Assembly: GCA_007376395.1 (NCBI GenBank)
Contig: VMGE01000004.1
Span: 6,431 to 70,430, forward strand
Direction of reading: 5' to 3'
DNA length: 64,000 nt
Source: Microgenomates group bacterium Gr01-1014_5
GTDB taxonomy: Bacteria; Patescibacteriota; Microgenomatia; UBA8517; UBA10165
The position numbers and the translations under genes were made by a program. Position 1 is the first letter of the stretch. Every line of letters begins with the position of its first letter. Shown piece by piece: positions 1 to 9,375 of this stretch. The notes under the pieces are model-generated. The model was not told the DNA's origin, did not search any database, and saw nothing but the letters and a program-made list of their open reading frames with translations.

Positions 1-218
1 AAAATTTTCTAAATATCGGGATGAAGTTCTAGGTTTTAAACAGGAAGTGCTCGGCGAGATTGAGAAGTTGAGAGAAGAATCCTCAGTCTCGGCATATCAA
101 TAGAAAAGAATAACAGATCGCGTTGAGGTGGTAGAGAAGCATTTGAATATTACTCCGCAAGACTAATTTTCCTGATCAAAAAGTTGCTACAAAAAGCTTC
201 GTTTGAGTACAATTAGTT

Positions 219-1163
219 ATGTTGAAAAAATTCCTTTTTGTGAGCCTTATCGTATCAATTGTTGCTGGCGGGCAATTGACAGACGCTGTCAAAGCAGGGA
301 AGATTCCCACAAAGTTCGAGTACTCCGCTTGTGACACTCCGATTTATTACAGCGTTGGCGAAGTAGACGAGAAATTCGGGGTTAAAAAGGAAAATTTTTT
401 ATCTTCTGTGAACCGCGCGGCGCAAATTTGGAACAAAGAAGCAGGAAGAGACATTTTCCGTTATACAATGAACGAGAACTTAGCCTCAAAAGGTGAGACC
501 CTGCAGATTCATTTTAAGTACGATAAACGTCAGGCATTAACGACACAAATAGGTCAAATTACAGGGAAAGTTTATAAAGACGAAAGTTCGTTAAGGGCGG
601 CGATTACAGACTATGAAGGCAAAGTTGCGGATTTTAACTCGCGCATGGAAGCTTTTAACGCCGAAGTGCAGAAATGGAATGAAAAAGGCGGCGTTTCGCC
701 AGAGGAATACGAACGGTTGCGAGGCCAAGAGCGCCAATTACAGGAGGAGGCAACTTCTCTTGCCAATCTTGCCAAGGAGTTAAGCCTATCGTCTGAGAAA
801 TACAGCTCGCAAGTGGGAAAGCTAAACTCAACAATTGAGGCTTTTAATTCGGAACTTGCGCGCCGGCCTGAAGAAGGACTGTTTAATCCTAACAATAATA
901 CAATTGAAATTTATTTTTTCGCCAACCAAACAGAGCTTTTACACACCCTGGCTCATGAACTCGGACACGCGCGGGGACTAGAACATATAAATAACGAGAG
1001 TGAGATTATGTTCCCATACACAACTGATGTTTTAATGCCGGGAGAAGAAGACAGGCTTCAATTGAATGAAATCTGCCGCGAGAGAGATATTATTGACGAG
1101 ACATTGCAGACGGGAAGGGCTTTTATTGAAAAATACAAACTACTTCTAATTCAAAATTTTTGA
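219..1163 (+). CDS. secreted zinc metalloprotease, metzincin/matrixin-like
   Basis: N-terminal hydrophobic signal-like segment. Extended zinc-binding motif HELGHARGLEH (HExxHxxGxxH) near the C-terminus. Long coiled-coil-like insert. Confidence 0.55.
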   Translation: MLKKFLFVSLIVSIVAGGQLTDAVKAGKIPTKFEYSACDTPIYYSVGEVDEKFGVKKENFLSSVNRAAQIWNKEAGRDIFRYTMNENLASKGETLQIHFKYDKRQALTTQIGQITGKVYKDESSLRAAITDYEGKVADFNSRMEAFNAEVQKWNEKGGVSPEEYERLRGQERQLQEEATSLANLAKELSLSSEKYSSQVGKLNSTIEAFNSELARRPEEGLFNPNNNTIEIYFFANQTELLHTLAHELGHARGLEHINNESEIMFPYTTDVLMPGEEDRLQLNEICRERDIIDETLQTGRAFIEKYKLLLIQNF

Positions 1164-1186
1164 ATTGACAATTCGGGATTGGAAAG

Positions 1187-1846
1187 CTAAAAATCTTGTA
1201 GAATAGAGGCAATTGCTTGAGTTCTATCTGGCTCTTTCGGCCAACGCTGCATATCTTCATTGTAGTTAGCTTCTTTTGGAAACTTGAAAGGGTCATCAAA
1301 TCCTCTTCTTTTATACCAATGGTAAATATCTCCCTGGCCCAATTTACCCCCCTTGTCAACCGGATTTAAGTATACCCTCCATGATTTAATATCAGCCAAG
1401 GTACACAGATTCTGCATAAGAAAACTTCCGACACCCTCTGCACGGCTATATCCAAACTCAGGTGGTAAATGCTCTGTTTCAGTTCGAACCATGTCTACTC
1501 TAATCGCCAAAGCATTGTCTGGAGGGTCTAGATTCTCAATTTCTAAAAATCCTACTTTCCCATTGCCCAAGTTGTGTCTCTCGAGCCATTTGTCAAAACC
1601 GGCACTAATTTTCTCAGTTCTCATCATTTCGTCAGCTGCGGGTTTTTGCTCCTCCCAATTTGGAACGCTAACCGACCACACAAAGTCTGCCGGTTCAACA
1701 GGGATATCTCCTTCAAAAATATAGCGCAATCCTTTTATCACAACCTCTTGTTTAAAGTGTAATGGTTGAGGAGACTCAAGTTCTGCGGATTGAAGATCGC
1801 CTCCTGTCTCTGATGAAGTTGCAGACATCTTATATAAGTATATCAC
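1187..1846 (-). CDS. hypothetical protein
   Basis: 219-codon ORF convergent with the protease gene. No motif I recognise. Confidence 0.35.
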   Translation of the reverse strand: MIYLYKMSATSSETGGDLQSAELESPQPLHFKQEVVIKGLRYIFEGDIPVEPADFVWSVSVPNWEEQKPAADEMMRTEKISAGFDKWLERHNLGNGKVGFLEIENLDPPDNALAIRVDMVRTETEHLPPEFGYSRAEGVGSFLMQNLCTLADIKSWRVYLNPVDKGGKLGQGDIYHWYKRRGFDDPFKFPKEANYNEDMQRWPKEPDRTQAIASILQDF

Positions 1847-1910
1847 CTGCAGTTTCTTGGAACTTAGGACGAAACTGGGTTTGGCTGAGGGATTGTTGTA
1901 GAATAATACT

Positions 1911-4118
1911 GTGAACCAAGTAAAAAATAACCAACCTCAAAACTCACTCGCTTTTTTGTTTGTTAAAATCCCTGCTAAAAACGAGGCCAAAGCTTCAGAG
2001 ATGGAGGAGTTTTTGAAGGCTTTGCATCGCGTCCTTCCGAACGGATCTACCATCTCTTTGGAAATGATGTCTCGGGATCAATTTTTACGTTTTTATATTG
2101 TCATTGAAAGAATTTACAAATCAGCTTTCGAATCTCAGTTGTATTCCCAATATCACGATGCGGAAGTCGAAGAAGCGGTAGAATATGTGCCCCAATTCGG
2201 AGTAAATACTGCTTTTGCAGAGGTTACTTTCCGCCACCATAGCATGCGGCCAATTGCGACACATAAAGAAAATCAGGAAGATTTCTTGAAAAGTTTTACT
2301 GCCTTTTTGTCTAAAACAGATCCTGGTGAAGAAATTTACATGCAGCTTGTAGTTAATAGAGTAGGATCGAAGCCCTGGAACCGGGGTTTATCTGGCATCG
2401 CTTCTCTGTTTAGTGGTAAACAATACACAAAAGAAGGAGAGGCAACAGCATCAACCTTAAAAATATCCCAAGATTTGTTTCGGGGAAGATTACTACTGGC
2501 TTATACGGCACAGGATAAAACAGTTGCAAAACAAAAGTTAAATCTTTTAATTAACTTATACAAACACACAGATTCAGGTAACAAACTAAGGAAGAAATGG
2601 TTTAATCTTTTCAGAGACTTATCGCTCGATTTCAAAACCCGTAAAGTTTCAGGGGGAGATTTTTGGAGTCCTGCCGAAATTGCAACAATCTATCACTTCG
2701 TTCCATATAAAGGAACCGTAGTTTCAAACGTTGTGAGCACAACTTCCCGTCGTTCTCCTGCGCCTGATTTTCTCCCCCGCGAAGGTTCGACAGCAGAGAG
2801 TAAAATTTCCTTGTTTGGAGTTACAAACTACAGGAACGACAACAAAAAATTTGGAATTTTGCGCGCAGATCGGTCAAAACACCTTTATGTTGTCGGTAAA
2901 ACAGGTTCAGGAAAAACCAAGCTTTTAGAGTTGTTAGTTATTGCTGATATTTTACAGGGGCACGGTTGTTGTTTTTTGGATCCGCATGGAGATTCGGCAG
3001 ACGAAATCTTAAAATATGTTCCAGAAGCGCGTATTAAAGATGTGGTTTATATTAACCCGACAGACCGTGATTTCCCGGTGGGATTCAATCCTCTTGAGCC
3101 GACTCAAGATTATGAGGAACGTCACAGACTTGCGTATTTCTTCGTCTCAATTTTCAAGAAAGAGTTCACGGCAACTTGGAACCCTAGAATGGAACATTTA
3201 ATCCGTTTTATTGTTTTGGCACTTCTTGAGACTCCAGACTCTAATATCTTAGGCATTGAGCGGATGTTGTCAGACACTGGATTTCGGCAAAGGGTTATCC
3301 GCCAAATCCAAGACCCTGTAGTGAAAAGCTTTTGGGCAAATGAATATGGAACTTGGGCAGAACGTTACGCTAACGACGCGGTTGTACCCATCTTAAACAA
3401 AGTAGGACAATTTATTTCCAACCCTGTAATGCGCAATATGGTAGGGCAAACCAGAAACGCTCTCGATTTTGAAGCTTTTATGAATGATGGCAAAATAGTG
3501 GTTATTAATATGTCTAAAGGAAGGCTGGGCGAAGAAAACATTGGGCTTTTGGGCTCCATGTTTGTTACCCGGATACAACAAGCAGCCCTCTCCCGTTCAA
3601 AAATACGGGAAGAAGACCGCCGGCCATTTTATTTTTATGTTGACGAGTTTCAGAACTTTGCTAACGATGCTTTGGCGACCATCCTTTCTGAGGCACGAAA
3701 ATACCAGCTCTGCATGACTATCGCTCACCAATATATTGCCCAGCTTCCCCAAGCAGTTAAAGACGCAACGTTTGGAAATGTAGGATCGCTTATTTCGTTT
3801 GGAGTTGGCGGGGACGACGCTAGTTATTTAACCAAAGAGCTGTTGCCGACTTTTTCACCCGAGGATTTAATCAATCTGGACAACCGCGATATGTATTTAA
3901 AAATTTTAGTAAACGGAAAAGTGACTCCGCCATTCTCTGCCCGCACCATTGACATGCCCAAACCCGAGGTTGATAACACCCGTGAGATTTTAAGTTATTC
4001 GAGAATGACTTACGGAAAAAATAGAATAGAGGTAGAGAGGGAAATAGAAAAATGGACTGCGGTTTCAGAATCAGTAACTGCCTCAGGCGAGGATTCTTTC
4101 CCGGAACCGATTCTTTAG
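1911..4118 (+). CDS. TraG/TraD/VirD4-family (type IV coupling protein-like) P-loop ATPase with a soluble N-terminal domain
   Basis: Walker A VVGKTGSGKT, followed by FLDPHGD (the TraG-family DPKGE-like motif). Walker B-like FYFYVDEFQNF. About 300-aa N-terminal region without TM helices. Confidence 0.5.
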   Translation: MNQVKNNQPQNSLAFLFVKIPAKNEAKASEMEEFLKALHRVLPNGSTISLEMMSRDQFLRFYIVIERIYKSAFESQLYSQYHDAEVEEAVEYVPQFGVNTAFAEVTFRHHSMRPIATHKENQEDFLKSFTAFLSKTDPGEEIYMQLVVNRVGSKPWNRGLSGIASLFSGKQYTKEGEATASTLKISQDLFRGRLLLAYTAQDKTVAKQKLNLLINLYKHTDSGNKLRKKWFNLFRDLSLDFKTRKVSGGDFWSPAEIATIYHFVPYKGTVVSNVVSTTSRRSPAPDFLPREGSTAESKISLFGVTNYRNDNKKFGILRADRSKHLYVVGKTGSGKTKLLELLVIADILQGHGCCFLDPHGDSADEILKYVPEARIKDVVYINPTDRDFPVGFNPLEPTQDYEERHRLAYFFVSIFKKEFTATWNPRMEHLIRFIVLALLETPDSNILGIERMLSDTGFRQRVIRQIQDPVVKSFWANEYGTWAERYANDAVVPILNKVGQFISNPVMRNMVGQTRNALDFEAFMNDGKIVVINMSKGRLGEENIGLLGSMFVTRIQQAALSRSKIREEDRRPFYFYVDEFQNFANDALATILSEARKYQLCMTIAHQYIAQLPQAVKDATFGNVGSLISFGVGGDDASYLTKELLPTFSPEDLINLDNRDMYLKILVNGKVTPPFSARTIDMPKPEVDNTREILSYSRMTYGKNRIEVEREIEKWTAVSESVTASGEDSFPEPIL

Positions 4119-4122
4119 AAAA

Positions 4123-5046
4123 TTAATACTTGAGAGGTCCCCAGCCAAAGTTTCTGGAATTTATCTCAGCCTGTAGGAGAGGAACAATTCTTTCGTATTC
4201 TTCGCGGGTCAGCTGCCGATTTAATATGCAGTATTGCATATTTTTAAGACCTGTGCAGCCAAAACAGTATTTGCAGTTTCCGCAATCAATAACATAAGAA
4301 GAGTCTTGACAATGACCTGACCAGATAACATAGTCGCAGTTAAATAGAGAAGTCGAATCCGACACCTCATAACTCAGTTGGCACTCGCCAGAACTATCAA
4401 TGTCGAAACAAGTTTTATTATCGTGAGCGTCATAAAGATATCCCGAGTTTTCGTTCTTGCTGGCGTCAAAACAAAGATAACAATTCTTGTTGTAGTAAAT
4501 ATAATTTCCAAAACTTGAATTAATGTTACCCTGCTCATTTGTTTGTGTCCAAGGGAAGCGATGGCCTAAAGTCCCAACTTCTTTTAGAACATCTTCTGGT
4601 TTCCAGGCAAGGTATTTTGGTAATAGTTGTTTGTATTCAGCCTCAGATAATTGACGGTTAAAAATACAAAACGATTTATTTTTTAGATTTATACAACCAA
4701 AGCAGTCGTGGCAGTTGCTGGACCATGTACAGAAATACGAATCGCGCATATTTTCACAATGATTAAGGTAATTACAGTTGTAGCACTTATAAGCGTCTGT
4801 GCACTCATAGCACAGTTCAGATTCCAAGCAATAGTCGCAATCCGCACTTTTTACCGTTAGGTAGCAATTATAAAGAAACAAGGAATCGTTAGACTTTGAT
4901 GTGTCAAATGTCCAATAAACGTTCTTGCAGAAATAAGTGCTGTTTGCCCATTCAACATTTTCTGTATTCATAAGGAGTGTGGGTCTTCTTGGGCGTAGAT
5001 TATTTAATCGTACAAGCTCTTGGAAAAATAAATCTGCTGTCAGCAT
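4123..5046 (-). CDS. cysteine-rich protein with two internal repeats (putative multi-zinc-binding)
   Basis: More than 30 Cys arranged as CxxC/CxxCxxC clusters. Two roughly 110-aa repeats each ending in C..CFGC..LKN...CI.NRQL..EEY. Confidence 0.5.
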   Translation of the reverse strand: MLTADLFFQELVRLNNLRPRRPTLLMNTENVEWANSTYFCKNVYWTFDTSKSNDSLFLYNCYLTVKSADCDYCLESELCYECTDAYKCYNCNYLNHCENMRDSYFCTWSSNCHDCFGCINLKNKSFCIFNRQLSEAEYKQLLPKYLAWKPEDVLKEVGTLGHRFPWTQTNEQGNINSSFGNYIYYNKNCYLCFDASKNENSGYLYDAHDNKTCFDIDSSGECQLSYEVSDSTSLFNCDYVIWSGHCQDSSYVIDCGNCKYCFGCTGLKNMQYCILNRQLTREEYERIVPLLQAEINSRNFGWGPLKY

Positions 5047-5047
5047 A

Positions 5048-5368
5048 TTATTGTGGAGTATTTGTATCAGGTAATGGTTCGTTGACCATTAAATCGCCTT
5101 CAACATTCCATTTGTCATAATCCTCGCGGCATAATATTGGACTAGTGGCAGTTTGCGGATCATAAGAAGTAACAATATCTTTCCCGCATTTAGAACACTT
5201 AGCTCGGTAAAGTTTTCGTCCTCCACGAAGCTCCAAACGTCTCGCTTGGCGGCATTCAGGGCATTGAGAGGGAGTTGGTAAGTTCTTTTCGCGTAGAAAC
5301 TGTTGTTCTTGGTCAATGACCAAAAACTGTTTTGTACACTTTGCGCAAGTCTGTGTTATAGCGGCCAT
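5048..5368 (-). CDS. zinc-ribbon protein
   Basis: Three CxxC pairs (CAKC, CPEC, CSKC). 1-nt gap to the downstream Cys-rich gene on the same strand, so a likely operon. Confidence 0.45.
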   Translation of the reverse strand: MAAITQTCAKCTKQFLVIDQEQQFLREKNLPTPSQCPECRQARRLELRGGRKLYRAKCSKCGKDIVTSYDPQTATSPILCREDYDKWNVEGDLMVNEPLPDTNTPQ

Positions 5369-6013
5369 TTTATGATGTGATTACAGAATAATGTATGGAT
5401 TTGCGAATGTAAAGTAATTTCGACCTTGACAGGGGCTGCTGCACTCATGTTAAAGTTAATTTTAGAATGACTCCGGGCGGTAAAGAAGCAATTCTTCCCA
5501 AAACCATCCTTTCTCTTGCTCCCGATATATACACCCCTGACCACGATACACCACAGGTGAGAATAGCTTGGGCTGGCGGCAGTTTTCTTATTGCTGTTAG
5601 ACACAGTTGCCCAGAGTATTGTGAGCCAAGCAGTCCCAAGTGTAGCGGAGTGGTAGTTGTTCCTGTAGCGTCAAGGGATATCGGTGATAAAAAGCGTTTT
5701 TGCGATAATTGCCAACAAGAGGTGCTTGTTAAAGGTGTCGGAGGGTTACGGATTGAAGCTGCTTCTATTCTTCAAGCCATGCAGAAAAACAGACTATAGA
5801 GAGTAATTTTGCATTCTTCTTGCCGGTTTGCTAAAATACTTACGTTTACACACATTCGGCCTGTAATGGTTCCTGCAGAGCGATCTGTTAATCCCCAGGA
5901 CGAATGGAGGCAAAAAGGAACCTTTTAAGTAATAAGTAACAAGCGAAAAGTAAGAAGTTAAATCGCTTTAGAGAATTCTTGTTACTTGTTGCTTATCACT
6001 TTTTACTATCATT

Positions 6014-6751
6014 ATGAATATATCACTTGAACAATTATTGGAAGCCGGAAGCCATTTTGGACATCAGGTTAGACGCTGGAATCCGAAAATGGCTCCTTAT
6101 ATTTACGCCCAGCACGACGGGGTGCATGTTTTTGACCTGACTAAAACTAAAGCAGGATTAGAAGAAGCGTGCGAAGCGGTTAAAAAAGCCGTTACAGAAG
6201 GGCAAGTTATTCTTTTTGTAGCTACAAAGCGCCAGGCAAAGGATATCGTCACCCAAGCGGCTCAAAGTGTCGGTATGCCGTTTGTCTCAACCCGCTGGTT
6301 AGGCGGAATGTTAACCAACTTTGATCAAATAAAGCGTTCTTTGCGTAAGCTTCAAGATCTTAAGAAATCCCGCGATTCTGGCGAATTTGATGAATACACT
6401 AAACACGAACGTTTACTTCTTGACCGTGAGATAGCAAGCCTCGAAAGAATGCTTGGGGGAGTGGCAAGTCTTACCAAGACCCCTGATATGTTGTTTGTGC
6501 TGGATACCCACGAAGAAGCGACGGCGGTTCGCGAGGCAAACAAGATAGGAATTCCGGTTGTGGGAGTGGTTGATACTAACGGAGATCCGCAGATTATCGA
6601 TTATCCAATTCCGGCAAATGACGACGCGGTCAAAAGTATTACACTGCTTGTTAACGCTATTACCGAAGCTGTTAAAGAAGGGCAGAAAAAGATTGAGATA
6701 GAGACAGAGAAAGAGAATAAAAAGAAGGCTAAGGAAGAAAAGAAACTCTAA
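6014..6751 (+). CDS. rpsB: 30S ribosomal protein S2
   Basis: N-terminus MNISLEQLLEAGSHFGHQVRRWNPKMAPYIY is the S2 signature. Lys/Glu-rich tail. Confidence 0.95.
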   Translation: MNISLEQLLEAGSHFGHQVRRWNPKMAPYIYAQHDGVHVFDLTKTKAGLEEACEAVKKAVTEGQVILFVATKRQAKDIVTQAAQSVGMPFVSTRWLGGMLTNFDQIKRSLRKLQDLKKSRDSGEFDEYTKHERLLLDREIASLERMLGGVASLTKTPDMLFVLDTHEEATAVREANKIGIPVVGVVDTNGDPQIIDYPIPANDDAVKSITLLVNAITEAVKEGQKKIEIETEKENKKKAKEEKKL

Positions 6752-6833
6752 GCGCTAAATCCTAAATTCTAAACAATATTTAAATTACAATTTTCCAAGG
6801 TTTAAAACATTAGTATTTACAATTTGTAATTTA

Positions 6834-6865
6834 TTTAGAGTTTAGATATTAGATATTAGAATTTT
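6834..6865 (+). repeat. tandem heptamer leader (TTTAGAG/TTTAGAT/ATTAGAT/ATTAGAA) abutting the tsf start codon
   Basis: Read directly: 7-nt periodic TTAGA units ending at the ATG. Confidence 0.6.
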
Positions 6866-7318
6866 ATGAAAATAAGTATCACTCAAATTAAAAAATTACG
6901 CTCCGAAACCGGTGCCGGAATTAATGATATTAAAAGTGCCCTTGAAGAGGCTAAAGGGGATGAGACAAAAGCAAAAGAGCAATTGCGGAAAAAAGGCTTT
7001 GAAAAAGCTGATAAAAAGGCTTCCCGCGAAATAAAAGCAGGCAGAGTTTTTTCATACGTTCATCACTCGGGAACAGTAGGGGCAATGATTACCTTGGGGT
7101 GCGAGACAGATTTTGTGGCTAAAACCGATGAGTTTCAACTGTTGGGACGCGAGTTGGCAATGCAGGCGGCCTCAATGAAGCCGGAAAACAAAGAAGAATT
7201 CTTAAAACAAGACTATATCCGTGATCCGCAAAAAACAATCGAGACTTTAATTAAGGAAGTTATAGCCAAAACCGGCGAAAACTGCCAGCTTCTTGACTTC
7301 AAACGCTTCGAGGTTTAA
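6866..7318 (+). CDS. tsf: elongation factor Ts (short form)
   Basis: N-terminal UBA-like ITQIKKLRSETGAGINDIKSALEEAKGD. Follows rpsB. Confidence 0.9.
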   Translation: MKISITQIKKLRSETGAGINDIKSALEEAKGDETKAKEQLRKKGFEKADKKASREIKAGRVFSYVHHSGTVGAMITLGCETDFVAKTDEFQLLGRELAMQAASMKPENKEEFLKQDYIRDPQKTIETLIKEVIAKTGENCQLLDFKRFEV

Positions 7319-7353
7319 TTTCACTTGACAGGCGTGTTATAGTAATAATTAAC

Positions 7354-7599
7354 ATGGGTTTATTTGAACGGTTTAGGAGAAAAGAAGAACCGGTAATGCA
7401 GTTTGTTAGGGTCCTGGAAGCATCTGGAGCGCCTGAGTTGTTACAGCTAAAGTCTGAAGAGATAAGCGGAAGAACTCACACAGGAACATCCGGTCAGTGG
7501 CTTGCGTGGCAAGAGTTAAGTTGGGATAAACAGCATTCAAGCGAGAGAGCTAAAAGACTTCGTGTAGAGGCAAGTGCCTATAATCTTTTGTATGGATGA
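7354..7599 (+). CDS. doubtful small ORF in the tsf-frr spacer, where pyrH normally sits
   Basis: 81 codons with no recognisable family. Overlaps the start of frr. Confidence 0.2.
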   Translation: MGLFERFRRKEEPVMQFVRVLEASGAPELLQLKSEEISGRTHTGTSGQWLAWQELSWDKQHSSERAKRLRVEASAYNLLYG

Positions 7600-8146
7600 A
7601 AATCAGATAAAACAGAGGATGCAGCAGGTCTTGGATTTGGTGCGCCAAGATATTGGCACTATAAGAACCGGTCGGGCGACTCCTTCTTTGGTAGAAGATA
7701 TTATGGTTGACGCCTATGGAGGAACTTCGAAACTGCGTATTCTGGAACTAGCTTCAATTTCCGCTCCTGATCCGCAAACCCTAATTATCAGCCCTTGGGA
7801 TAAGCAGGTCGTTGGCGAAATCCGCAAGGGGATTGAGGCGGCAAATACTGGATTAAGCCCGGTTATCTCAGGCGAAATTATCCGTATTAATTTACCGCCA
7901 ATGACGACTGAAGACCGAGAAAAATATGTCAAACTATTACATCAGAAACTCGAGAATGGACGAGTAATGGTGCGCCAGACGCGGCAAGATGCAAACCACG
8001 AAATAAAAAAGGCATTTGAAGATAAAAAGTCTTCCGAAGATGAAAAAGACAGGCGGGAAAAGCAGGTGCAGACGTTAACCGATCAGTTTATTGGTCAGAT
8101 TGAGACTTTAGGTATCACTAAAGAGAACGAACTTAGACGTATATAA
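7592..8146 (+). CDS. frr: ribosome recycling factor
   Basis: RTGRATPSLVEDIMVDAYG...NLPPMTTEDREKYVK is typical of RRF. The start is probably MDENQ at 7592 rather than the upstream ATG at 7574. Confidence 0.9.
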   Translation: MDENQIKQRMQQVLDLVRQDIGTIRTGRATPSLVEDIMVDAYGGTSKLRILELASISAPDPQTLIISPWDKQVVGEIRKGIEAANTGLSPVISGEIIRINLPPMTTEDREKYVKLLHQKLENGRVMVRQTRQDANHEIKKAFEDKKSSEDEKDRREKQVQTLTDQFIGQIETLGITKENELRRI

Positions 8147-8242
8147 ATTTCTAATTGACCTAATTTACCTAATTGATCTAAACATTAGGACGTTAGAGTT
8201 TATTTAGAAATTAGAGTAATTAGTAATTAGAATAATTTTTTT
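8147..8242 (+). repeat. TAATT/TTAGA-rich periodic leader (CTAATTGAC/CTAATTTAC/CTAATTGAT, then TTAGAGT...TAGTAAT TAGAATA) abutting the rseP ATG
   Basis: Read directly. Contains CTAATTGACCTAATT, the reverse complement of AATTAGGTCAATTAG seen at 54.79 kb and 63.55 kb. Confidence 0.55.
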
Positions 8243-9310
8243 ATGACTCCTTTTATTTTTCTAATAGTTTTGTCTATTTTAATATTTGTCCATGAACTTG
8301 GGCATTTTATTGCAGCGCGCCGCTCTGGAGTTAAAGTCGAAGAGTTTGGTTTGGGTTTTCCGCCCCGTATTTGGTCGCGAAGAAGAGGCGACACGGTTTA
8401 TTCGATTAACCTTCTCCCTATCGGCGGATTTGTCAGGCTTTACGGCGAAGAACATTCGGTAAATGTCGACAAGACCCAAGCTTATTATCACAAAGGGAGA
8501 TTGGCAAGGACAGCAATTGTTGTTTCAGGAGTATTGATGAATTTTCTCCTTGCAGTGTTTGCTTTTGCGGCAATTACCTGGTTTGTCGGCGTTCCCCGCG
8601 ATTTAGGGCATGTTAAGGTGCTAAGCGTTTCCGAAAACTCTCCAGCTTCTCAAGCCGGACTTTTGACAGACGACGTGGTTGTGGCGGTTGCAGGACAAAA
8701 TGTAGTCCAGACAAAAGAGTTTATCGAGACTGTAAATAACAGACGGGGTAAAGAAACAGAGCTCGTGGTTCGCCGCGGCTCGGAAGAAGTCAAACTTAAG
8801 GTAACCCCGAGGGAAAATCCTCCGCAAGGGCAAGGGGCATTGGGGGTTGGCATAACTTCGAGCGAAATTTACAATCCGCCTTTAGCTGAAAAACCCTTTG
8901 TTTCACTTTTTGAGGGCTTTAAACAAGCAACCTTTTGGGTGAAAGCTACGGTTTTGGGAATAACAGATTCGTTAGTGAAAGTCTTTGGCGGGAAAGCGCC
9001 TGAAGGCCTTGCTGGGCCAATTGGAATTTACCAAATCACAGAAATTGCCGCCGGGCAGGGGATTTTGGCTTTACTTTCTTTTATTGCCATACTTTCAGTC
9101 AACCTTGCGGTGTTAAATATTTTGCCGATTCCGGCACTTGACGGAGGAAGGTTGTTGTTTATCGGGGTAGAAGCGCTTTTCGGCAGACGAGTTTTGCCCA
9201 CCTTTGAAAAATACGCCCACAGAGTGGGGATGATAATTCTTTTGGCTTTAATTTTCTTAATCACCATAGGGGATATCAAGCGCCTCTTCTCCGGCGGATT
9301 TAATTTTTAG
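8243..9310 (+). CDS. rseP: RIP metalloprotease RseP (site-2 protease, M50)
   Basis: HELGHFIAAR in the first TM helix. PDZ region. C-terminal LDGG motif. Confidence 0.9.
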   Translation: MTPFIFLIVLSILIFVHELGHFIAARRSGVKVEEFGLGFPPRIWSRRRGDTVYSINLLPIGGFVRLYGEEHSVNVDKTQAYYHKGRLARTAIVVSGVLMNFLLAVFAFAAITWFVGVPRDLGHVKVLSVSENSPASQAGLLTDDVVVAVAGQNVVQTKEFIETVNNRRGKETELVVRRGSEEVKLKVTPRENPPQGQGALGVGITSSEIYNPPLAEKPFVSLFEGFKQATFWVKATVLGITDSLVKVFGGKAPEGLAGPIGIYQITEIAAGQGILALLSFIAILSVNLAVLNILPIPALDGGRLLFIGVEALFGRRVLPTFEKYAHRVGMIILLALIFLITIGDIKRLFSGGFNF

Positions 9311-9375
9311 GTGTTGACCCCGCTGAGCGGGGTTGACCCTTCGACTTCGCTCAGGGCTTGACAGCGCGTATTTTT
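9311..9375 (+). repeat. GC-rich palindromic element (terminator-like) after rseP
   Basis: CCCCGCTGAGCGGGG hairpin plus GACCCTTCGACTTCGCTCAGGGC, a motif shared with 60.83 kb and 63.01 kb. Confidence 0.6.

Noticed and set aside
611-895. Antisense ORFs inside well-supported genes (for example 611-895, 27031-27711, 44739-45029, 47858-48217 and 55268-55639)
   Set aside because: These are shadow ORFs on the opposite strand of genes with clear family signatures. The two near ychF resemble each other only because they are antisense to the duplicated ychF 5' ends.
5467-5799. 110-codon ORF (and overlapping minus-strand ORFs) in the rpsB upstream spacer
   Set aside because: No family resemblance, Cys/Pro-rich improbable composition, and mutually overlapping ORFs on both strands. 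More likely non-coding (see the ncRNA candidate finding).
5369-6013. Specific calls of tmRNA or SRP RNA in the rpsB upstream spacer
   Set aside because: I could not find the tmRNA tag-reading frame or CCA-end T-arm, nor a convincing SRP helix-8 AGGNCNGGAAGGNAGCAGC match. Only loose resemblances, so no RNA gene is called.
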